Assembly (NCBI GenBank): GCA_049724395.1
Contig: JAUGWO010000026.1
Location: forward strand, 1-64,000
DNA length: 64,000 nucleotides
Reading direction: 5' to 3'
Origin: Spongospora subterranea f. sp. subterranea
Lineage: Eukaryota
Position 1 is the stretch's first letter. Every line of letters starts with the position of its first letter. The position numbers and the translations under genes were made by a program. A model generated the notes under the pieces. It was not told where the DNA came from and searched no databases. It worked only from the letters and a program-made list of their open reading frames with translations. Shown one piece after another: positions 1 to 18,233 of this stretch.

Positions 1-3863
<3,863 letters not shown>

Positions 3864-4638
3864 GCCGGTCCGAAATAGCAATGTCAGAGCGCAATAAGGA
3901 CTGCGCAATAACATTAAGGTAGTGCGCAAAAACTTTTTCGAAACGTGCGCAACATTTGACACTGCCATTGTTTGTTACCCGGTAACCCCCCCTGTTCCAC
4001 ACTCTTTGTGGGTTATTACCACTTACGTTGGTACACAGTGAGAGTGTCACTATTAGAGGGTGTTATTTACTCGACACATCATTCAGTTCATTATCTCGTT
4101 ATCGTCGATGATACATCATGGTGACGGCTGTGCTGAAGGCTATCTGACGTATTGTGATCTCGAACGTTGGTTTTCAATCGTTTGCTTCGAAGCCGAGTCA
4201 ACATCAGAAATAGATACAGAAGTATCCATCAACTGAAGCCTACGTGAGATGTCTATAATGTGCTATAACAATTATAAACCAGCTACCACTATCCAGTTCA
4301 GTTTTCAACTCACTGCGTTAAACCCTTGAACTTGTAATGATCGGTTTAGCCAGGCAGAGAGGATATTTCACAAAGACCTTGACATCTACGGAATTGATAC
4401 AAGACAAGAGATTATTATTCACCTATCATTGAAGTTATCCCGTTGCAACATCGCTACTTTACACCAATTCGTGGGGATTAAAGGTAAAGCTAAGTTTCGC
4501 TTGTCTATAGATTTTAGACAATTGACAAAACTATTCGAGGATGAGTTCGAATTAACTGGAAGAATCTTTCAAGGCTTATAGATCATATGAAGGTACCACC
4601 GTCTTCACTTCAAGAAGATTTCAAATTAATCTTCACGA

Positions 4639-5680
4639 ATGGTTAAAAGAATATTGCTGCGCACGATAGGAAATACAATCGCGTTTGCCTGCTCAGTTGT
4701 ATTTGCTATACATTTTACATATAATACCAGGTGTAGACAGGAAAACAGGCGATGGAGGATCATTGTTGAATTAGCAATTAATAATCTGATTGCATGTTTG
4801 ATGTCAATGGGTTCCCTCTCCTTTGCCTTAATCGATCCGATATTATGTGAATTGTGGCCTTGTTTCGAAGGAGCCTGTAATCCATCACCTCATCATTAAT
4901 CCGTCCATAATATTGATATTATACAATGTGCAGATATATACACATGTTTTATTCTCTATCTGAACCGGGTAATTTTTGCGTTTTTCTCTCTGAACAGCCC
5001 AACCCGAACTCGAATCTACACGTTTACAATGGTAAACTACATCTATTGAGATTTCCCAACAGATCACTGATATCATCATCATTCAGATACTCCATTGGAT
5101 TATTGTATCAGGATCTGGATTCATATTGGCAACTGGAGCACCTCTTGCCGACGAGCTATTGCATGATGAACTTCAGTACTCTTGCAGACTAGCCCGGGTT
5201 AGAAATGGAATAATGGGGCACATCTCGTTTTACGTCCTGTTTCTGATTGTGATTGTATCAATGATTGCATCATGTGTTGCACTTTGTATTGGCCTTACTG
5301 GATATAAGCAGACCATTGCCAAAGAAGACGAGGTCAAAGTGTCCAAACCCAATAAGCTCTTGAAGATTGTATTGGGTCAATATGCCCTCGACTGCATGTG
5401 CATTAGTCTTGACATGATCGATATGCTCTTTGACGGCAATGAACTGTCGAAACCCCGATTCTTCTTCACTCTAATTACCCGAACCTTTTCAGTATATCTG
5501 TTTCGATTCTGATTCTGATTCGTGTTCTAAAACGCAAAACCTTGTTAAAGGATCAATTACCGCAGCATGGCGGGGTCATACATGTATCCGGCAATCACAA
5601 CTTGCTGGTCAATGTCGTGGACTGTTCTAACGAGCGTGCCCAAGGCGAGTGATCTTAAACCAATATATATCACACATTGA
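4639..5680 (+). CDS. Divergent seven-transmembrane GPCR-like protein (spliced; last exon frame uncertain)
   Basis: GT-AG introns at about 4877-4933 and 5032-5086 join ORFs 4639 and 5126 into one hydrophobic protein. It has a Cys at the top of TM3 (ILCELW), a DRY-position motif (ILYLNRVI), an ECL2 Cys (YSCRL) and at least 6 clear hydrophobic segments. Confidence 0.55.
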
Positions 5681-6066
5681 GGAAGGGTTCAACTACATGT
5701 ATATCCGTCTTTTCTGGAACAACATTGAAACTAATAATAGTTAGAAAACTTGGGCGGTTTGAACTACTGCCAGTTCTAATTAGGCAAATTTCTGAATGCT
5801 CACAAAGACATTAGGCCAAGTTATAACTCGTTTTCGTATTTGATCAAGGTTGGAAGAGTCCAAAATTCGTCATCTCACGGACCGGCAAGAATTTTTATTC
5901 TCGGCCCTGCTGTAATATGTGGAAAGTGTGGCCCTTGTTTGCGTTTGTGAATTCCGTTTCTAAACTATTGTGCGTTCATAATCGCATATGTTGAACGGAG
6001 GAGTGAAGTTGATTCGGAGGAACACATCCTCCGGGACCTCGTCGGACCTGGCCCAATAAGTTTTGA

Positions 6067-6559
6067 ATGATGGGACCAAAACTGACGTACCTGGCTGTAT
6101 TATTGCTGGCTATCAACTGCATCAATATTGGATTCAGTGATAACGCCTGCAACAATGACCATGATCTGGCCATTACCAAAGATCGTGGCAATATGGTTGC
6201 CGTTACTGAAAAATGTGGGCGATCTTGCTTGGCCAAGCGGGCTTGTACGACGCGATGCATCATGCAATTATCGCATCTGAAGCAGCCATGTGCCGAATGG
6301 TCAGCGTAATCGAGGAATTTTGGCCCATCTCGACTGAATCGGCTTTTTGTGTTTCGACAGTTATTCAGATGAAGTTCATTGTACAGCGATCAATTGTGTG
6401 GCATCATGCATGTTGAGACCAAAGAGCCAGTCTTGTTTTGATTGTTCTGAGAAGTTTTGCGGTCAAGCGATGCGTTCATGTACAGGGCTGGATACTCATC
6501 TGACAATCCCCTATAATGTTGTTGAGGATGTATTTTCGTATTATATCAGTGTATTATAA
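6067..6559 (+). CDS. Small secreted cysteine-rich protein (143 aa, 14 Cys in mature part)
   Basis: Signal-peptide-like N-terminus (KLTYLAVLLLAINCINIGFS). Intron 6300-6360 (GTCAGC...CGACAG) joins two Cys-rich ORFs in frame (PCAEC|YSDEVHC). Confidence 0.8.
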
Positions 6560-6770
6560 TATGATACATCATTGCCAATAGCACAATAGAATAAAATACT
6601 CAACAGCTACACAGAATTTGTAAATCTAAAGCTCGAGTTCGCCTAATCATGGAAATAAAGATTCATGCTCGACCAATCCGATGAATAGGTTCAGCTCAAC
6701 GACTAACAGAATACAAATATAGAGCAGAAATAGACAAATGTGGTGTGTATTGCGGGAGTGACTTGGAGAA

Positions 6771-8331
<1,561 letters not shown>

Positions 8332-8582
8332 CGTAATACAGTTTCTAACTTGACTCCGTAAATTCCTAGAGAATTTGGTTGCGCTGGCGCAGATATCGGT
8401 GCATACAGCATACAGTCAAGGTTGACGTGGACGCTGCCTTGGGTGATCCGTGTGGAATTGGGCTGCGCACAAGTGCGAAGACTCTGTGTTTTCACAGAAA
8501 GTTTGGTGTTGGCACTTGGTAGCGGATTTGAAAAGAGTGGGAGGAGGTTGCCGGTAGAGGGGCCCCGAAATTGACCATTATC

Positions 8583-9930
8583 ATGTCATCGATTTACGCA
8601 CTGGAACCTCCAACCAGCGGTAAATTAGTCATGCACACGACAATTGGCGATATAGACATAGAGTTCTGGCCACAACAGGCACCAAAAGCATGCAGAAACT
8701 TCGTTCAGCTTTGCCTTGAAGGATATTACGACGGAACGATTTTCCATCGTATTGTGAAAGGGTTCATGGCACAGGGTGGAGATCCTACTGGTACAGGGCA
8801 AGGAGGAGAATCCGTCTTTGGGGCACCATTCAAATGTGAAACGCATTCTCGACTTCGGTTTGCTCACCGAGGGTAATTCATTATTTTGACTCCCTCTGCG
8901 ATGATGTTGGTGATGTTTACTCTTCAGGATTGTGGCAATGGCGACGCCTCCAACTGACCCAGAAGCTAATTCTAGTCAATTTTTCATTACGTTCGATGCT
9001 TGTGAATGGCTAAATGGGAAACACACTGTGTTTGGAAAGGTGACTGGTGACACTCTGTACAATGTAATGGGTATGCAAGACCTTGAAGTCGATTCCAATG
9101 ACCGCCCTGAAAATGCGCCCAAAATTCTTAGTGTTGACGTTCTACTGCCACCATTCGACGATATTGTTCCCCGCGAGAAAAAAGTGCCCGTACAAAAGCA
9201 GATAAAAAAGATAAAAAAGAAAAAGAATCCTACCTTGCTTTCTTTTGGCGACGAGGAGGCCAGTTTACAACCGCCTGCATGTAAAACAATGGTTAGCTCC
9301 CACGATATCGTGGATGAAGATCCATATTTGTTGAAGACAACAGTAGCCGAAGAAACGGATCCCCCAGTATGTGCAACTGAGCTCCAGAATCACCAAGATT
9401 TTGATGGCGTAGCTCCTAAGAATGTCAATGACGTTCACAACCCGATTGGTCATGTCGAATCTCAAGATGATAAGAACGCCGCTGAGCTAGCCAGTTTACG
9501 CGCTCAGGTGTCTTCACTAAAATCACGAGCGTTTCGTATTGAAAAAGACATTCCTGCCGAAGAAACCAATCTGTTAACACCTCTTGAGCAGCGCCGAATG
9601 GTTTATTTGCGGAAAAAGACAACGAATCGTAAACAAAGAGAAGCAGAAACATTGAAGAAGCTCTCAATGTTTCAAGAGACTCTAAAGAGTGCCCCGGAAA
9701 GCAAAGAAACTCCTCAGATTAATGAAGACGATGAAGATAGAGGGTGGCTTTCTCATTCTCTAGCATTTATGAAGCGTCCACAAGACTTTGACCCGATGGC
9801 TGCAGATGTAAATAACTATGAATATGTACTGACAGATCCATTGGCGGAAAGAAGGCCTGGTAGCAACAAGGACAACATAAAAAAAGGAGACGATCCCCAG
9901 GTCCTACCAGATAAAAGTCCCAAATTTTAA
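8583..9930 (+). CDS. CWC27: Spliceosomal cyclophilin CWC27
   Basis: MSSIYALEPPTSGK, CRNFVQLCLEGYYDGTIFHR, HSRLRFAHRG; intron 8873-8927; PFDDIVPR, LLSFGDEE, WLSHSL and DP motifs in the charged tail. Confidence 0.93.
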
Positions 9931-9998
9931 ACAGTTTCATCTTGATATATTACAATTGTCAATCTCTTCTGGAACCGTATTGGAATCGTACATAAACA

Positions 9999-11321
9999 TT
10001 ATGGCTTGGAAACATTCTGAAATGGATTGGTTAAAGAGACAGCAACAGGTGCCCGGTCATCTTCTGAAAGGAAACATGCCCCTGTCGATCCAAAATAGCC
10101 TTCATGTTTGAGAAACAGCGCTTTTTGGATTCCATGTGACCAGTAATCAATAGAAAATGATATCGATCCCATTGATAGACGATTTTTCCGAAGAAAATTG
10201 CCTGCGAAAATAATTCTTGTCAATTGGTATTTCCTTGCACACAGATATGCCAATTGTGCAATGTTCTGAGAAATCATATCAAGCAACCCTCTTGCAATAT
10301 CAGCTTCAGATATCGTGCTACGAACGTCATCATTCACACCAACTGAACCAAATGCGCTTGCCACGGTTTCAGCAGACAGACCGAATGCCTCATAACCGCC
10401 TGCTCCATAGATGTCGCCAACAAGCATGTTGAGTTCGTTAGTCTTTCCATCAGCTGCTAATTCAACAGCATCTTCAAATGATTTACATTTTGTGAGCAAA
10501 CGACAAAGGCCCCAGAACGTTCCACCACCCATCATTGTTCCCGAGACACGCTGAAATGAATCATCACTGTCGACCTTAAGTACGCTGACACCACTTCCAA
10601 TATTAACCAACAGATAGGGGAATACTGATCCATTCGTAGTGTCAAATGGCACAGTCAATGACAATTTCGGCTCCTTCGGGTTCGCAAAGTAATAGCATTC
10701 ATCAGGAGAATGCTGCAATAGGAAGTTGATTCCCCAGAGCAAACAGTGAAGTTCGTCGCCTTTTACGACTCGTAATCCAAGCTTGGAACTTATTTCTTCA
10801 CTGAACTTGTACGCCCCTCCGCCTGTGGCTAGAAGAACTCCATCATTTTTGAGCAAACCATTGCTGCGCATCATCTCTATAGCTCCTTCCATCCTTCTTG
10901 TCTCGAATTTCATGAAATGAAATGTGCCATCTTTCCATTTGAACGACAGCTGGGCATCTCGATGCCCGGTCGTCCCATATCGATCTGATTTCTTTATAAA
11001 CTCCGCTTCAACTGTTGGTGTCTTACAATTTCTTTCAAAAAATGTTATTTTACTTAACGACCCGCCCACGTCGACGCCAACGATGGCGATGCTTGAAACC
11101 TTCCCATTTTGCGAGGAAGGAGACTGACGAACGCCAGATGAACGATGAAGTAGACGGACTTCTCGTTGCTCAATGCGTTCGTCGAGTATACATTGCAAGT
11201 AGCGGAGTGGATCAGCAGGCTTCTCGTGCATGAGGATTTGATGAAACTGGGCCAATAATTCATCGTAAAGATCTGGTTGATCCTCGGCGTGTCCAATCAG
11301 TTTGACTGATGTGTTTGGCAT
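9999..11321 (-). CDS. PANK: Type II (eukaryotic, fumble) pantothenate kinase with an N-terminal extension; intronless
   Basis: GVDVGGSLSK, ATGGGAYKF, YLLVNIGSGVS, GGGTFWGL, FAGNFLR, FLKHEGYFGS. Confidence 0.95.
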   Translation of the reverse strand: MPNTSVKLIGHAEDQPDLYDELLAQFHQILMHEKPADPLRYLQCILDERIEQREVRLLHRSSGVRQSPSSQNGKVSSIAIVGVDVGGSLSKITFFERNCKTPTVEAEFIKKSDRYGTTGHRDAQLSFKWKDGTFHFMKFETRRMEGAIEMMRSNGLLKNDGVLLATGGGAYKFSEEISSKLGLRVVKGDELHCLLWGINFLLQHSPDECYYFANPKEPKLSLTVPFDTTNGSVFPYLLVNIGSGVSVLKVDSDDSFQRVSGTMMGGGTFWGLCRLLTKCKSFEDAVELAADGKTNELNMLVGDIYGAGGYEAFGLSAETVASAFGSVGVNDDVRSTISEADIARGLLDMISQNIAQLAYLCARKYQLTRIIFAGNFLRKNRLSMGSISFSIDYWSHGIQKALFLKHEGYFGSTGACFLSEDDRAPVAVSLTNPFQNVSKP

Positions 11322-11621
11322 GGTAACCGGGATCGATATTCAATAGGTATCGTAGGGACAAGGTTAGGGATGCTCCCTATCCCCCACACCTTACCCAGTA
11401 AGGCTGAGCAGGGCTGAGCACAAGCGATAGGTGTAACTGGTAAATTGGTTCCACAATACCATGTTAGAGCTGCGCATTATTCTCCGGCCTGGACCGGCGA
11501 GCTACAGAAACCATATGTTGCCAGATGTTTCACAGAGTCTCTGACATTTATTTATCTCCGATATCGATTGCACTTCCAATAGCGCTGTATTGAGATATAG
11601 GAAGCTGAACACCCAGCGAAA

Positions 11622-12688
11622 TTACGAAGACCGCGAGGTGGAAGAAATGCCCTGCAACTTTTCTAAAACAATGAGGACGTCATCGGGACTGGCCACAAAA
11701 TAGTTGGCGTTAGTTTTCCTAGGAAATTGGCTAACAAGAATAGCAATCCCTCCTTTGGAACGGACTGTTTTGAATGCATCTTCATCGGTCACGTCATCTC
11801 CAATGTATACAGGCAATACCGAACTAGAGTCGTCAAATATCGTGCTGATAAGATTTTCAACTGCCGCCCCCTTGTGCCAGTCTTTCTTTGGACGGATTTC
11901 CCAAACCTATACGAAACGTTAATTCATTGACGCCCATCGACATAGATCACACCATTTTCCCTATAGTTTTCACGATGTAGGTGTTGTGCATTGCTACAAT
12001 ATCGTCTACAGCTCGTTCGATTTCTGGAAAATACACAGGTTCCACGTTTCGATAGTGGACAGAAACGGACAACCGATTATCCTCAATCAAACATCCTTGT
12101 ATATTGCCCAGGGCTTGCTGAAGAGACTGAAACGCCTGTTGAAGGTGGGGCAAAACATCTTCTCCAATCTGCATAAGTTTCAGACCACCTGGCCCACATA
12201 TGTCGAACCCGTGGCTAGCAGCGTAATACAATTCGTCCATTTCAACAAACTGTTTTATGACCTCCATCCTCCTACCGGTCACAATAATTGTTTGATGGGC
12301 TTGTGAAAGCCGTTTGAGACTCTCTTTCATTGCAGGATTTAGTGTTGCTTTACTAGGATCGTTGACAATCGGAGAAAGGGTCCCATCATCTGAAAAAAGC
12401 AATCAACTCAGATGTTCCTTAAAAAACAGCTTTGGTCATACAATCTAGAAATACAGCTAGAATCTTCTCATGGAACACAGGTAAGATACCATTCCAGTGT
12501 TCTATGGCATTTGGGAGCCAAGATGAACTCAGCCCAGAAGTTAAACTGATTACGGGCTGATTCAATGCTTGCTGTTCCTTCACAGCAGGACTCCTGTATT
12601 TTGTCCACATTGAGGTTGCAATATACAATGATGCTGCGAGAACAGCGGCAACAGTAGTTGACACTCCTAGTGTTTTCACTTTGCTCAT
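11622..12688 (-). CDS. Trehalose-6-phosphate phosphatase (HAD family) with an N-terminal hydrophobic anchor
   Basis: FLD|YDGTLSPIV across an intron, IVTGR, YAASHGFDI, SVHYRNV, WHKGAAV, YIGDDVTDEDAF. Confidence 0.92.
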
Positions 12689-13000
12689 TAGCAAATGCGA
12701 AAGTATGCTCGTTATCGTCAACAGATCACTTTTCGAAGGCTACTAGACTTGTCAAGCACTAGCACAGACGAACGCACTGAAACCACAATGATAGTAATGA
12801 ACAGCGATGATCAATCTCATCACGGCTGCGCATTACGGTCCGACGCTCATGTCATGGATGCATGACGCAACCGCAAGTATGTACCTTACCCAAACCGAAT
12901 GTACTGTACATACTCCTCTGAGGGTCTGTTACACCTCAAATTGAAATGCCGTTTCCGTTTTATCATCGATCAAGCGATTGCCAAAAATTACAGCAATGTA

Positions 13001-15569
<2,569 letters not shown>

Positions 15570-15892
15570 GACTAACGCGTCCTACAGCATTAGATGTGTG
15601 CTCTGACGCAAACGATTTTCAATTGCTGAACGAGAGCGGGTTTGGTCCTTTTGCCAACCAGAAAGTCCAAGGGAATCGCGTTCTGATACTACAATAAAAA
15701 CACTAAACTTATTATGGTACATAACAGTACATAATCTCGATCCTGAAATTTGCCCTATCAAAGGTTTCATTGTCATTCTGTTGTCAGAATCATACACCGA
15801 ATGGTCAACGAAATATCTGCAGTTTCCACTTATTACCCACTTCGATGAAGTAAATGATTATTCTATTTTACTGTTAAGAGACTTTATAAGAT

Positions 15893-16978
15893 CTATTCAC
15901 GGTTGAACGGTCCTAATGAGAGGAATGGATCTTCGCTCGTGCTTCTAACATCGGCTTGTCCCTCATTAGATGAATGCTTCATTTTCCCCCCCGGATTCAA
16001 GGAATGACTAAAATTGGATGGCTCCGATTTACCTGTTGGTCCATCATCGGTTGCGAATGGATCAGGCTCGTATTTATACCAATCGAATGAGGTTAATATA
16101 TCAGGTGTCGAATGGTCTTCTACAATACGCCCCTCTTTCATTGCATTATCTTTGGTCAATGTTTCGACTTTCTTAGTCTGTTTCGATTTCTTCTTCTTCT
16201 TCTTGATAATGGATGGATCCGTGACCTGCGAAGATCTCGCTAGAATATCACCAATCAACGCCCGTCGGATTGTACACATCTCCGATCCAGCCGTCCAAAA
16301 ACACTCCTCCACATGATTGAACGCCTTCAATATGGGTAGCCCGGCTGAATGTCGTCCATGCACCAGATCCTTTTCGACCGCCTCATTCATCATCATGTCC
16401 ATCGCCTCACATTTAGCTTCCCAGGCGACTAGTGCGTTCTGTGCCTTTTGCAGATCGGCTTCATCACGCGCATGCCATCTGCCATTCCTTACTTGCCGAA
16501 CTCGATTATCTTCTAGCAAACGTATATGAGATCGCAGACATTTGGCTTGTTGGTGCATACGTCGCTGCTCTTCTAGTTTGACAATCAAGGCATCAATAAG
16601 TACCTTCCATTTCTTCATAGGAGCTATTACATTCTCATTCAGCTCGAAATTAAGTGGTTTTTCAGCGTTTTGCTGAAGATCAGCTGCTTTCGCAATGAGA
16701 TCTCTTTGATGATCAATATTATTAAGTTTCTCGTGAAAGGTGCAGAGCTGAGCCAGATCATTAGCAACTAGACAGGAAGATGTGCTGAATTCTTGTAATT
16801 TCCCCAGGTATGTGGTAAGGTTGCGCACAGCGACATCTAATGATGCCGATAATGATTTCGCCGCATGCATATTGGACACAAGATTAGCAGGTGTATCAGC
16901 ATCCGATAATAATGCATCCGTTGATGCAGTCATATTCAAACCGATCATCGACCATAGCGAACTACGTAAGCTATCCAT
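15893..16978 (-). CDS. Intronless helical/coiled-coil protein, probably BAR-domain-like, with a disordered tail containing DPF motifs
   Basis: About 230-aa amphipathic helical region (ELNENVIAPMKKW resembles BAR helix 2) followed by poly-Lys and EPDPFA/EDPFL. Confidence 0.5.
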   Translation of the reverse strand: MDSLRSSLWSMIGLNMTASTDALLSDADTPANLVSNMHAAKSLSASLDVAVRNLTTYLGKLQEFSTSSCLVANDLAQLCTFHEKLNNIDHQRDLIAKAADLQQNAEKPLNFELNENVIAPMKKWKVLIDALIVKLEEQRRMHQQAKCLRSHIRLLEDNRVRQVRNGRWHARDEADLQKAQNALVAWEAKCEAMDMMMNEAVEKDLVHGRHSAGLPILKAFNHVEECFWTAGSEMCTIRRALIGDILARSSQVTDPSIIKKKKKKSKQTKKVETLTKDNAMKEGRIVEDHSTPDILTSFDWYKYEPDPFATDDGPTGKSEPSNFSHSLNPGGKMKHSSNEGQADVRSTSEDPFLSLGPFNRE

Positions 16979-17363
16979 GCACTTCACGATGTTCTAATTA
17001 ACAGGGAATTAGCTATGACAGACAAAAACTGACAATCTGTGTCGGCAAAAAAGGGTACGGTCGATCATAATTACACACAGAAGAATACTCTCAATCAAAT
17101 CCTCAATCCAGAGCCTGCTCAATATTTGTCATCGAGACTATCACATGAAAATGATTCTTGTATTGACCCGGACATTTGGCGCTATAAACTGTCCGTCCCC
17201 TCTACGCAGAAGTTGATTCGTCAGAACTCAGAACTGAGAACGCCTCCACTTCTCTAAAATCGCCGAACTTCAAGCACATCAACTTTGGGCTCTTGGATAT
17301 CTTGGCCAATTGTCCCAGTTTACTATTCTTATAGCTGTGGGGTTTTGTTAGCTTTGCATTTCA

Positions 17364-18201
17364 ATGGTGTACTACTTTACTTCCACGTGCGATGACCAGG
17401 AGTTCACAATATACATGGGGAAGGATAAATTCGAAAATGAACTTTTGATAGCTCATGGTATATAACTTTACTTTTTACCGCTCAAATCGATTTTCTCATT
17501 CCTCATAGGCCGTGTTTTTTATTTTTTCTAACGGCTCTTTACTGGTAGGATGGCCGGAAGATTTGTGGTTCCATGCTGATAACCTATCATCTGCCCACGT
17601 TTATATTCGCACGCCTTCCTCAACGGATTTTGATAGCATTCCTGAACAAATTCTGAATGATTGTGCTCAGCTAACGAAAGAGAATTCCATAAAGGGTTTG
17701 GATGGTGGTGACATTTCTGTTATTTAAATTGAGCATGATACAGGAAAGAAACTGAAGCAAATTAAAGTTGTATATACTCCATGGTCGAACCTTCAAAAAA
17801 ACGGGTCAATGGATGTTGGGCAAGTGGGGTTCCACAAAGAGAGACTGGTAATAACAAATTTTTTTTGTCGGTTTTGCTATGGAATTGAGACAAACTTTAA
17901 TTTATAGAGGAAGTATATACTAGTACAAAGAGATCTCGCCGTATTGGGACGTTTGAAGAAGACAATGAGAGAAGTTGTTGACGTCGATTTTCGTCAACAA
18001 AGGTCAGACCGCGATAAGGCAGAGAACGACGAGCAAAGGTTCAAAAAACAAGAAACAGATAAAGCCATAAAAATTGCGATACAAGAGCGTCAATTACATG
18101 ATGAATTACACAGTTATGGCAGGGTGTTTGATCCGGAATATATGCAGATGAATACTGACATCAAGATGAACGTTGAAGATTACGAGGATTCTTTCATGTG
18201 A
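17364..18201 (+). CDS. CCDC25: CCDC25/Jlp2 (NFACT-R RNA-binding domain)
   Basis: MVYYFTS...[65 protein letters not shown]-terminal EDSFM. Confidence 0.93.
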
Positions 18202-18233
18202 GTATAAAACGATAAACTCCACTGTTTATTTAT

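Noticed and set aside
3974..3986. GTTACC-C-GGTAAC palindrome resembling an RFX X-box
   Set aside because: A single occurrence upstream of a non-ciliary gene; none seen before DNAAF1 or the CDKL gene.
4897..4899. Premature TAA suggesting the 7TM gene is a pseudogene
   Set aside because: It falls inside a GTAATC...GTGCAG intron (about 4877-4933).
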